Below, in pieces: positions 7,113 through 15,556 of a stretch of 21,413 nucleotides of DNA (the first letter of the stretch is position 1; each line of letters starts with the position of its first letter). The translations under genes were made by a program, and so were the position numbers. The DNA comes from Candidatus Eiseniibacteriota bacterium (GTDB lineage Bacteria > ARS69). The notes beneath the pieces were generated by a model, which saw only the letters and a list, made by a program, of their open reading frames with translations, searched no databases and was not told the origin of the DNA. The stretch lies in NCBI GenBank assembly GCA_052390515.1, contig JBQTGV010000073.1:1-21413 (forward strand), given 5' to 3'.

Positions 7113-7450
7113 GCGTACTGAAAGCGCTGCGGGCCTTTCTCGTCGCGGCCCTGGTGGTGTGTGCCTTCGCCTTCACGATGTACAACGCGAGCACTCGCGT
7201 GGAGTTCGTGCGGCTGCCGTTCCTGTCGGACCGCAACGGGGTGCTGCTCGTCGAGCTGATGCTCTACCCGCTGCTGCTCGGTCTGGCGGCGGGCTTCTCC
7301 TTCGCCCTGGTGATGCTCCTCGAGGCGCAGACCGCGCTTCGCTCGGAGCGTCGCACGCGCCAGAAGGTGCAGACCGAGCTGACCGCGCTGCGCAACCTGC
7401 CGATCGAGGACACGGACGACGAGCCAGGAAGGGCTGGGGCCGTTTCGTGA
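7109..7450 (+). CDS. LapA-family (lipopolysaccharide assembly protein A-like) membrane protein
   Basis: Two TM helices with F..YN...V..RLPF between them, followed by a coiled coil ending ELTALRNLPI. Lies directly upstream of a LapB-like gene. Confidence 0.75.
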   Translation: MSVLKALRAFLVAALVVCAFAFTMYNASTRVEFVRLPFLSDRNGVLLVELMLYPLLLGLAAGFSFALVMLLEAQTALRSERRTRQKVQTELTALRNLPIEDTDDEPGRAGAVS

Positions 7451-8538
7451 CCGGCGAGGGAGCTCTCGGCCTTCTCGTCGTTCTCGCCGCCGCGGCCGCG
7501 CTGGTGTGGTCGCTGGTCGGCGGCAAGCGGCGCAAGAAGACGAAGCGCCCCCCGTACATCGCCGCGCTCGGTGCGCTGGTGGACGGCGACGAGGAGACCG
7601 CGATCGCCGAGCTCAAGAACGCGGTACGCGAAGACTCTTCCAACGTCGACGCCTACCTGCGGCTCGGCGACCTGTTCCGGCGCCGCAACGACGCGGAGCG
7701 TGCGTACCAGCTGCACCGCGAGCTCGCCTCCCGGCCCGGGCTGGATCGCAGCGACATGGCCCGCGTCCAGCTGGCCCTGGCCCGCGACCACTTCGCCCTG
7801 GGCCGCCCGCAGCGCGCTATGGACGCGGCGCGGGAGTCGGTGAAGCTGGCCGAGGACCGGACCGACGCGCTGCAGGAGCTGCTCTCCATCCAGGAACGCA
7901 CCGGCGACACCGCCGGCGCCTTCCAGACGAAGAAGGAGCTGGCCAAGCGCGCCGAGCGCAAGGGCGATCCGTCGGAACTCGCCGCGTACCGCGCCCGGCA
8001 GGGCGAAGCGTTGGCCGAGGAGGGCAACCTCAAGGAGGCCGAGCGGGTGCTGCGCGAGGCGAGGCGGCTGGACTCCGGGCGGCGCGAAGTGAGGCGCGTC
8101 TGGGGCGGGCTGCGCGAGCGGCTCGGCGACTACGCCGGGGCCATCGCGGCGTGGGAGGAGCTGCTCGACGAGGAGAAGGACCCGGATGCGTCCCTCTTCG
8201 CCGACCTCGAGCGCGTGCGCTTCCTGGACGGCTCGTTCAGCGAGATGGAGGACACCTACAACCGCTTCCTGGACCGCGTGGCCGGACACGAGGCCGCCTC
8301 GTTCGGGCTGGCCCGCTTCCTCCAGCGCAAGGGTCAGGTCGACGCCGCGCTGGAGGCCTGCCGGCGCGGCCTGCGGGACAACGCCGACTCGCCGGCGCTG
8401 CGCACGCTGTGCCTCGCGCTGCTGCTGCGCGCCGGACGCTTCGGGGAGGCGGAGTCGATCGTGAACGAGTGGCTCACCGAGAACCTGCGCGAGGGACGCC
8501 CGGAGCCGCGACACGGCGCGCTGGAGCCGCAGCCGTGA
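7447..8538 (+). CDS. LapB/YciM-like TPR membrane protein lacking the rubredoxin domain
   Basis: N-terminal TM, YIAALGALV, and AYLRLGDLFRRRNDAERAYQLHRELASRPGL resembling the LapB LGxLFRxRGExxRAIxxH motif; multiple TPRs. GTGA overlap with the lapA-like stop. Confidence 0.75.
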   Translation: MTGEGALGLLVVLAAAAALVWSLVGGKRRKKTKRPPYIAALGALVDGDEETAIAELKNAVREDSSNVDAYLRLGDLFRRRNDAERAYQLHRELASRPGLDRSDMARVQLALARDHFALGRPQRAMDAARESVKLAEDRTDALQELLSIQERTGDTAGAFQTKKELAKRAERKGDPSELAAYRARQGEALAEEGNLKEAERVLREARRLDSGRREVRRVWGGLRERLGDYAGAIAAWEELLDEEKDPDASLFADLERVRFLDGSFSEMEDTYNRFLDRVAGHEAASFGLARFLQRKGQVDAALEACRRGLRDNADSPALRTLCLALLLRAGRFGEAESIVNEWLTENLREGRPEPRHGALEPQP

Positions 8539-9569
8539 GGCGCGTGGCGGAGCTCTCGGTCGTCGTCGCGCTCGTCTCGGTGGCGTCGCTCGCTGCGCCC
8601 GCGTCCGCCGCCCCGAGCGACGCGGAGAAAGCCTGGGAGCGCGGCGACCGCAAGGCCGCCGGTGAGCTCGTCCGCGAGTACGTGGAGCGCAACCCCGAGG
8701 CGGCGAGGTCCGCGCGGGTCGCGGCGTTGCTGGCGCGGACGGCGGCCGATCCCGAGGAGGCCGTCGCGCGCTGGGGCGAGGTGATCGAGCTCGAGCCGGA
8801 CGGCGCGCTCGCCGCCGAGGCACGCTTCGCCAAGGGCCTGCACGCCTACTCCGCCGGGCTGTACGTCGCCGCCGCGAAGGAGTTCGACGCGCTCGCCGAG
8901 TCCCACGGCAAGCACTTCGATGCCGGCCGGGCGCGGCTCTGGAAGGGTCTCGCCGAGCTGGGTGCCGACGATCCCGCCGCGGCGGCGGCCAGCTTCGATC
9001 GCGCCCGCCGGGAGGGCCGCGACGCCGAGACGCTCGCGGGCGCCGAGATCGGCGCGGCGCACGCGGCCTTCCGCAGCGGCGACGTGGCCGACGCCCTGCG
9101 CCGCTACGAGCGCTTCGAGCGCGAACACGGCTCCGACGGCCGGGCGAGCTCGGCCGCACGCCGCGCCGCGGAATGCCTGCGGCTGCTCGGTCGAACCTCC
9201 GAGGCGTCGGCGCTGGCCGCGCGCATCGAGCGCAAGTACCCCAACTCCATGGAGGCCACGCTGGCCCGTGCCGAGGTGCGCCGCATCGAGGCCCCGCGCG
9301 AGGAGCCGGCCCCCGAGGAGCATCGTCGCGGCCCCTTCGTCGTGCAGGTCGCCGCGCTGGCCGATCTCAAGAACGCCGTGGCGCTCCGCCGCGACATCCG
9401 CGAGCTCGGCATCGACGGCGTGCGCATCGAGATGGCCGAGGGCACCGGCGAGCCGCTGCATCGCGTGCTGCTCGGCCCCTACGAAACGGAAGAGGAAGCG
9501 CGCGCCATCGCCGACTCCGTCGCCGCGCTCGGGAACCTGAACCCGCGCGTGCGCGAGGGAACGGAGTGA
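8535..9569 (+). CDS. Exported TPR protein with C-terminal SPOR peptidoglycan-binding domain
   Basis: Signal peptide ending APASA, TPR-like helices, and C-terminal FVVQVAAL...NA...HRVLLGPYETEEEA (SPOR). GTGA overlap. Confidence 0.85.
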   Translation: MRRVAELSVVVALVSVASLAAPASAAPSDAEKAWERGDRKAAGELVREYVERNPEAARSARVAALLARTAADPEEAVARWGEVIELEPDGALAAEARFAKGLHAYSAGLYVAAAKEFDALAESHGKHFDAGRARLWKGLAELGADDPAAAAASFDRARREGRDAETLAGAEIGAAHAAFRSGDVADALRRYERFEREHGSDGRASSAARRAAECLRLLGRTSEASALAARIERKYPNSMEATLARAEVRRIEAPREEPAPEEHRRGPFVVQVAALADLKNAVALRRDIRELGIDGVRIEMAEGTGEPLHRVLLGPYETEEEARAIADSVAALGNLNPRVREGTE

Positions 9570-12256
9570 CCTCGGGAGCCCCACCGGCGAAAGCGGCCCG
9601 ACGACCCTCGCCCGTCGAGCCCGGCCTCACGCCGCTCATGCGCCAGTACCTCGGCGTCAAGGCCGAGCATCCCGGCTCGGTGCTGCTCTTCCGCATGGGC
9701 GATTTCTGGGAGACGTTCTGGGAGGACGCGGCCGTCGCCTCGAAGGTGCTGGAGATCACGCTGACGACGCGCGGCACGGAGAAGGACGAGCCCGTTCCCC
9801 TCGCCGGCGTTCCCCTCTCGCAGCTCGAACCGAGCGTGGCGAAGCTGGTCGCCGCGGGCTACAAGGTGGCCATCTGCGATCAGGTGGAGGATCCGAAGCT
9901 CGCCAAGGGTCTGGTGAAGCGCGAGGTCGTGGAGGTCGTGTCCGCGGGCACGGCGACGCTACCCGGCCTCCTCGACGCGCACGCCAACCGCTGGCTCGTC
10001 GCTGTCTTCCCCGATGCGGAGGCGGGGCGGGCCGGCATCGCCCGCTGCGAGGTGACGACCGGCGACTTTCTCGGCACGGAGATTCCGCTCGGCGCACTCG
10101 CCGACGAGCTCGACCGCATCCAGCCGGCGGAGATCCTCGTGCCGGAGGGCTTCGTCGAAGCGGCGCCGCTGGCCCGGCGGGGCGCACCCGTCGAGCGGCG
10201 CCAGGCTGCGGACTTCGCCGGCGCGGAGGACGCGCTCTCCCGGCTTCGCGAAGGACCGGGCCTCGGCGAAGGCCCGCACGCGGCCTGTCCGCTCGCGCTC
10301 GCCGCGGCGGCGGCTCTGCTGGCCTACTTGAAGGAGCTGCGCAAGGCGGAGCTCTCCGAGCTCGCCCCGTTCACGCTCGGCGACGGCTCCGACTGCCTCG
10401 TGCTCGATGAGATCACGCTGCGCAATCTCGAGATCCTGCGTCCGCTCCGCGAGGGCGCCCGAGCGCTCACGCTGCGCGCCGCGGTGGACGCAACGCGCAC
10501 ACCCATGGGCGGGCGGCTGCTCTCCGAGTGGCTGGCGAGGCCACTGCTCTCGCCCGCGCGGATCGCCGCGAGACACGACGCGGTGGAGGAGCTCGGCGCC
10601 GAGGGCGGCCCGGGCGCGGACGTCGCCCTCGTGCTGGAGCGCGTCGCCGACGTGGCGCGCATCGCCATGCGCATCGCCGCGGGCCGCGCCCATGCGCGGG
10701 ATCTCGTCGGCCTGGCCGCTTCGCTCTCGGAGCTGCCGCGCCTGCGCGAGACGCTGCTCGCGGCGCGCTGCGAGGAGCTGCGGAAGCTCGGCGGGGATCT
10801 CTCGGACTTCGCTCCCGAGGTCGAGGACATCGAGGAGACGCTCGTCCCCGAGCCGCCCCTCTCGGTCTCGGACGGCGGGCTGATCCGCGAAGGTTGCTCC
10901 GAGGAGCTGGATCGGGCGCGTGCCGCGGCCCGCCACGGGAAGGACTGGATCGCGGAGCTGCAGGCGATCGAGCGAAAGCGCACCGGCATCGCCAACCTCA
11001 TGGTCGGGTACAACCGCGTGTTCGGCTACTACCTGGAGGTGAGCAAGGCGAACCGGAGTGCGGTGCCCGGGGACTGGGAGCGGCGCCAGACCCTGGTCGG
11101 GGGGGAGCGCTACGTGACCGCGGAGCTCAAGGAGCGCGAGGCGGAGATCCTCGGAGCGGACGAGCGGGCCAAGGCGCTGGAGCTGGAGCTCTTCGTCGCG
11201 CTGCGGCTCCGGCTGGCGCCGAGCGTCGCACGGATCCGGCGGGCCGGCGCGGCGCTCGCGGCGCTCGACGTGCTCCGCGGCTTCGCCGAGGTCCAGGTGC
11301 GGTGCGGCTGGACGCGGCCCGTGGTGGACGACGGGGACCGCATCGAGATTGCCGCGGGGAGGCATCCGGTGGTGGAGGCTGCGCTTCCCGCGCACACCTT
11401 CGTGCCCAACGACACGCTGCTGGACTCGACCACGCGGCAGATCCTGCTCATCACCGGGCCGAACATGGCGGGGAAGTCCACGTACCTGCGACAGGTTGCG
11501 CTGCTGGTGATCCTGGCGCAGACCGGTTCGTTCGTGCCGGCGGAGTTCGCGCGCATCGGCGCGGTGGACCGCGTGTTCACGCGCGTGGGGGCCGCCGACT
11601 TCGTCGCGCTGGGCCACTCCACGTTCATGGTGGAGATGGTGGAGGTCTCACGGATCCTCGCCGCGGCGACGGCGCGGAGCCTCGTGCTGCTCGACGAGGT
11701 CGGGCGGGGAACGTCCACCTACGACGGGCTGGCCATCGCCTGGGCGGTGATGGAGCACCTGCACGACGCCCCGGGGCGATCGGCGCGCACGCTCTTCGCC
11801 ACGCATTACCACGAGCTGACGGAGCTGGCGGCGAAGCTGGCCCGCGCGGTCAACCTGCGCGTCACGGTGCACGAGCATAGGGACCGCGTCGTATTCCTGC
11901 GCAAGGTGGTGGAAGGCGCTGCGGACCGGAGCTTCGGCATCCAGGTGGCGCAACTCGCCGGGCTGCCTCTGGAAGTGACCCGCCGCGCGAGGAAGATCCT
12001 CGAGGGTCTGGAGGAGGGGACGTTCCTCTCCGAGCGGGGTCCCGCGCGCCGGGCGACCGGCGCTCAGCTCGAGCTGTTCTCGGGATCCGCCGCGTCGGTG
12101 CTGTCCGAGCTCGAAGCGCTGGACCCCGAGAGGATGACGCCGATGGAGGCGCTCGCCGTGCTGGCGGAGTGGAAGCGCAGGACGGCGGAGCCGGCGGCGG
12201 GCGGGGCGAGCGGAGCCGGCCAGGCCGGCGAGGCCGGCGAAGGAACGACGACGTGA
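9566..12256 (+). CDS. mutS: DNA mismatch repair protein MutS
   Basis: TPLMRQY, FRMGDFWE (F-x-E), ITGPNMAGKSTYLRQ, STFMVEM, LLDEVGRGTST, FATHYHEL, SFGIQVA, and C-terminal QLELF clamp-binding motif. GTG at 9566. Confidence 0.98.
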   Translation: MTSGAPPAKAARRPSPVEPGLTPLMRQYLGVKAEHPGSVLLFRMGDFWETFWEDAAVASKVLEITLTTRGTEKDEPVPLAGVPLSQLEPSVAKLVAAGYKVAICDQVEDPKLAKGLVKREVVEVVSAGTATLPGLLDAHANRWLVAVFPDAEAGRAGIARCEVTTGDFLGTEIPLGALADELDRIQPAEILVPEGFVEAAPLARRGAPVERRQAADFAGAEDALSRLREGPGLGEGPHAACPLALAAAAALLAYLKELRKAELSELAPFTLGDGSDCLVLDEITLRNLEILRPLREGARALTLRAAVDATRTPMGGRLLSEWLARPLLSPARIAARHDAVEELGAEGGPGADVALVLERVADVARIAMRIAAGRAHARDLVGLAASLSELPRLRETLLAARCEELRKLGGDLSDFAPEVEDIEETLVPEPPLSVSDGGLIREGCSEELDRARAAARHGKDWIAELQAIERKRTGIANLMVGYNRVFGYYLEVSKANRSAVPGDWERRQTLVGGERYVTAELKEREAEILGADERAKALELELFVALRLRLAPSVARIRRAGAALAALDVLRGFAEVQVRCGWTRPVVDDGDRIEIAAGRHPVVEAALPAHTFVPNDTLLDSTTRQILLITGPNMAGKSTYLRQVALLVILAQTGSFVPAEFARIGAVDRVFTRVGAADFVALGHSTFMVEMVEVSRILAAATARSLVLLDEVGRGTSTYDGLAIAWAVMEHLHDAPGRSARTLFATHYHELTELAAKLARAVNLRVTVHEHRDRVVFLRKVVEGAADRSFGIQVAQLAGLPLEVTRRARKILEGLEEGTFLSERGPARRATGAQLELFSGSAASVLSELEALDPERMTPMEALAVLAEWKRRTAEPAAGGASGAGQAGEAGEGTTT

Positions 12257-14007
12257 GTCCCATCCGCCGCCTTCCACCCGACGTGGCCAACCGCATCGCG
12301 GCGGGCGAAGTGGTGGAGCGGCCGGCTTCGCTCGCCAAGGAGCTGGTGGAGAACGCGCTCGACGCGGGCGCCACGCGCATCGAGGTCGAGATCGAGGCCG
12401 GCGGCACGGAGATGATCCGCGTCTCGGACGACGGCAGCGGGATCCCGTCGGACGAGGCGGAGCTGGCATTCGAGCGCCACGCGACGAGCAAGCTCACGGA
12501 CCCCGCCGATCTCGAGGCCATCTCGACGCTCGGGTTCCGCGGCGAAGCGCTCGCGTCCATCGCCGCGGTGTCGAAGGTGGAGCTCGTGACGCAGCCGGAG
12601 CGGGGCGGAGGCACTCGGCTGCGGGTCGAGGCCGGGACCGTCGTGCTGCACGAGCCGGCGGCGCGCGCGCGCGGCACGACCGTCGAGGTGCGCTCCCTCT
12701 TCCACAATACGCCGGCGCGGCGCAAGTTCTTGAAGACGCCGGCCACCGAGGGCCGCGTGCTGGTGCGCGCGCTCGGAGCGGCGGCCGTCGGCGCTCCGGG
12801 CACGGGCTTCCGTGTCGTGCGGGACGGCCGAGTGGTGCTGGAGGTGGCGCCCTCGCACGGGCTCCGGGAGCGCGCGTCGGCGCTCCTCGGCGGGGAGACG
12901 GTGGCGCGCATGGTGGAGGTGAAGGGGGGACGCGGCGGCGTGGAGGTGCGGGGGCTCGTGGCGGCGGCGGACTTCTCGCGGGCGCGGGACGGACAGATCC
13001 TGCTCGTGAACGGCCGTCCGGTGAGCGATCCGTCGATCGCCCACGCCGTGCGGGTCGGACTGGGCAACGCGGTGCCGCACGGCAAGCACCCGCTCTTCGT
13101 GCTGCTGCTGCGCCTGGACGCACGCGCCATCGACGTGAACGTGCATCCCACCAAGCGCGAGGTGCGCTTCCGGGAGAAGGACCTGGTGTTCGCCGCGGTG
13201 CGGGAGGCGGTGGCGTCGGTGCTGATCGACACGCGCTTCGACGCGCTGGGCCGCGAGGGACTGCTGCCGTGGAGGACGAGCGCGGCGCGCCGGCCGGATC
13301 CTCCGGCGCTCGTGGTGCGGGAGGGAGCACCGCGCGGGAGCGCTTCGCCCCGGGTGTCCGCTCCCCCGGCGGTGCAGGCGAGGGCTCCGGCGGCGGATTC
13401 GTCGGACTTCGCCGGCGCCGGCGCTCCGGCACGCCTCGCCACGCGACGCCTTCGCCTGGTCGGCGAGCTGTGGGGTGCTTATTTGATCGTCGAGGACGAG
13501 GACCGCCTGCTGGTGATCGACCAGCACGCCGCGCACGAGCGCGTGCTCTACGACGAGATCCGCGAGGCGGCGACGTCGGCGGCGAGGATGCCGGTGCAGG
13601 GGCTCCTGGTTCCGCTGAACGTGGAGCTCCAGCCGGGGTCGGATCCCGCGGAGACGTCGGCCGCCCTTCGCACGCTCGGCTTCGACGCCCGCGAGGGCGG
13701 GCCGTCCAGCGTGCTGGTCGACGGGATCCCCGGTCACCTCTCCCGCTGGGGCGGCGGCGAGTTCCTGCGAGAGCTCTTCGCCTCGGCGGAGGGTGCCGCG
13801 TCCTCGGCGGAAAAGCTGCGGGACACGGTGGCGAAGTCCTACTCGTGCAAGGGCGCGGTCAAGTTCAACCAGCGGCTCCATCCCGAGGAGATCGATCATC
13901 TGTTGCGCAGCCTCGAGCGCACCGACGTGCCCAGGCTCTGCCCGCACGGACGGCCCATCTATCTCGAGGTGCGCCGCGAGCAGATCGACGACCGCTTCGA
14001 GAGGTGA
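12253..14007 (+). CDS. mutL: DNA mismatch repair endonuclease MutL
   Basis: NRIAAGEVVERPAS, KELVENALDAGA, RHATSK, LGFRGEALASI, DVNVHPTKREV; endonuclease motifs DQHAAHER, SCKGA and CPHGRP. Confidence 0.98.
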   Translation: MSPIRRLPPDVANRIAAGEVVERPASLAKELVENALDAGATRIEVEIEAGGTEMIRVSDDGSGIPSDEAELAFERHATSKLTDPADLEAISTLGFRGEALASIAAVSKVELVTQPERGGGTRLRVEAGTVVLHEPAARARGTTVEVRSLFHNTPARRKFLKTPATEGRVLVRALGAAAVGAPGTGFRVVRDGRVVLEVAPSHGLRERASALLGGETVARMVEVKGGRGGVEVRGLVAAADFSRARDGQILLVNGRPVSDPSIAHAVRVGLGNAVPHGKHPLFVLLLRLDARAIDVNVHPTKREVRFREKDLVFAAVREAVASVLIDTRFDALGREGLLPWRTSAARRPDPPALVVREGAPRGSASPRVSAPPAVQARAPAADSSDFAGAGAPARLATRRLRLVGELWGAYLIVEDEDRLLVIDQHAAHERVLYDEIREAATSAARMPVQGLLVPLNVELQPGSDPAETSAALRTLGFDAREGGPSSVLVDGIPGHLSRWGGGEFLRELFASAEGAASSAEKLRDTVAKSYSCKGAVKFNQRLHPEEIDHLLRSLERTDVPRLCPHGRPIYLEVRREQIDDRFER

Positions 14008-14942
14008 AGCCGCCGCTCCTGCCGAGCCTGATCGGAGCCACCGCTTCGGCGAAGACGGCACTAGCCGTGGCGGCGGCGAAGCTCGTGCGTGCCGAGATCG
14101 TCTCCGCGGACTCCCGGCAGGTGTACCGCAGGCTCGAGGCCGGCACGGCGAAGCCCACGGCGGCGGAGCGCGCGGCGGTTCCGCATCATCTCATCGACGT
14201 CGCCGACCCCGAGGAGACGTTCACCGCGGCCCGCTTCGGGCGAGAGGCGCAGACTGCGGCGGCGGCCGTGCGCGCGCGCGGCCGGATCCCGCTGCTGGTC
14301 GGCGGGAGTGGGCTCTATCTGCGCGCCGCGGAGCGCGGGCTCTTCGAGGGGCCGGCGGCGGACGTGGAGCTTCGCGAGCGCCTTCGTCAGGAGGCCGAGA
14401 CGCACGGCGATGAGGCCCTGCACGCACGTCTCGCCGAGGCCGATCCGGAGACGGCGGCGCGCCTGCACGCGGCGGACCGGGTGCGCGTGATCCGCGCGCT
14501 CGAGGTGCTCGCGCTGACCGGAGAACCGCTCGCCGAGCACCATCGGCGGCACCGCGCGGCACCTTCGCCCTTCCGCTGCCTGCGCTTCGGGATCGAGTGG
14601 GAGAAGGAGGCGCTCGCGCGGCGAATCGAGTCCCGCGTCGACGCGATGCTCGGCGCGGGGTGGATCGAGGAGGTGGAGCGGCTGGTGCGCGAGGGTCTCG
14701 TCGAGGACGCGCCGGCGTGGAAGGCGCTCGGCTACCGCGAGGTGCGGGACGGGATCACCGTCAGCGCGGCGCGGGAGGACATCCGAAGGCGCATCGTCAC
14801 GGCGACGCGGCAGTTCGCGAAGCGCCAGCGCACCTGGTTCCGCGCCGTCGAGGGCGTGATCTGGTTCCGCGTGGCGAAGGAGGCCGATCTCGAGGGCATC
14901 GCCGCGACGATCGCCGAGAGGATCGGGGAGGAGGCCGGCTGA
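14004..14942 (+). CDS. miaA: tRNA dimethylallyltransferase
   Basis: EIVSADSRQVYR, GTAKP, PHHLIDV, VGGSGLY, RVIRALEV, ALGYRE and AKRQRTWFR motifs. Follows mutL with a GTGA overlap. Confidence 0.96.
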   Translation: MKPPLLPSLIGATASAKTALAVAAAKLVRAEIVSADSRQVYRRLEAGTAKPTAAERAAVPHHLIDVADPEETFTAARFGREAQTAAAAVRARGRIPLLVGGSGLYLRAAERGLFEGPAADVELRERLRQEAETHGDEALHARLAEADPETAARLHAADRVRVIRALEVLALTGEPLAEHHRRHRAAPSPFRCLRFGIEWEKEALARRIESRVDAMLGAGWIEEVERLVREGLVEDAPAWKALGYREVRDGITVSAAREDIRRRIVTATRQFAKRQRTWFRAVEGVIWFRVAKEADLEGIAATIAERIGEEAG

Positions 14943-14955
14943 CGGCGCGCGGAGC

Positions 14956-15003
14956 CGTTGCCCGGTAGTGTCCCAAGTCGAATTAGGACACTACCCGTTG
15001 CCC
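14956..15003. mobile_element. 32-bp inverted-repeat (MITE/IS-scar-like) element with 8-bp flanking direct repeats
   Basis: GGTAGTGTCC (14964-14973) and GGACACTACC (14986-14995) form a perfect 10-bp inverted repeat, flanked on both sides by CGTTGCCC (14956-14963, 14996-15003). Confidence 0.6.
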
Positions 15004-15010
15004 GGCCGGC

Positions 15011-15039
15011 TTGACGTGGTCCGCTGCCGGCGGCATTCT
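15011..15039 (+). promoter_or_regulatory. Putative sigma70-type promoter for tRNA-Gly
   Basis: TTGACG (15011-15016), 17 nt spacer, CATTCT (15034-15039), then a GC-rich stretch immediately before the tRNA. Confidence 0.7.
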
Positions 15040-15048
15040 ACCCGCCGG

Positions 15049-15124
15049 GCGGGCATAACTCAGTTGGTAGAGTGTCAGCTTCCCAAGCTGAAAGTCGCGG
15101 GTTCGAATCCCGTTGCCCGCTCCA
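15049..15124 (+). tRNA. tRNA-Gly (anticodon CCC)
   Basis: GCGGGCATAACTCAGTTGGTAGAGTGTCAGCTTCCCAAGCTGAAAGTCGCGGGTTCGAATCCCGTTGCCCGCTCCA: stem TCAGC/GCTGA, loop TT-CCC-AA, U73, encoded CCA. Confidence 0.97.
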
Positions 15125-15556
15125 GCTGTCCTCCCGGTTCGTCATCTCCCGTGTTGCCCTCTGCCGGCGTTCGCACCGCTCCTCGTCACGCCGCTGCGCC
15201 ACGCCTTCGCCTGAGCGAGATCAGGCGCACCGCGCCTGTCCCGTCGCGGAGCGGGTGCGGATGCGACGTCCGGCGAGCACAGGAAGGTCGGAAGGTATCA
15301 GCCGCTGGGATCGCGGCCGATCGAGTCGTGAGAAGACGCGCATCAGCCATCAAGCGCTGAGCGGTCCTGCCTCAAAGGGGACGGAGGCGCCGTGCTCGTC
15401 AGGCTCGGTGCCTCCGCCGTTCACCGGAGCTGCGGAACCATCCGCTCCGACAGCCGGTCGGCTTGCCAGCCGGCTCGAAGCGATGGAGAATACGCGCCGC
15501 CGCGAAACCGCGCGCCGCCGCCACTGGGATCGCCGTTGTCTCGTGCCGCCGCCATC

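Noticed and set aside
9690-11625. MutS motif variants GDFWETF and GAADFVALGHSTF as signs of inactivation
   Set aside because: The mismatch-contacting F-x-E, Walker A/B, STF and helix-turn-helix motifs are all intact; the changes are at variable positions.
7081-14003. Long N-terminal extensions in the ORF track for lapB-like (7081), SPOR (7506), mutS (9173), mutL (12169) and miaA (13269)
   Set aside because: They overlap upstream genes in another frame. Each gene has a GTG overlapping the previous stop exactly where family similarity or the signal peptide begins.
14955-15119. Possible mini-CRISPR suggested by short direct repeats around a ~30-nt spacer
   Set aside because: Repeats are only 8-11 nt, the spacer is itself an inverted repeat, and no cas genes are present.
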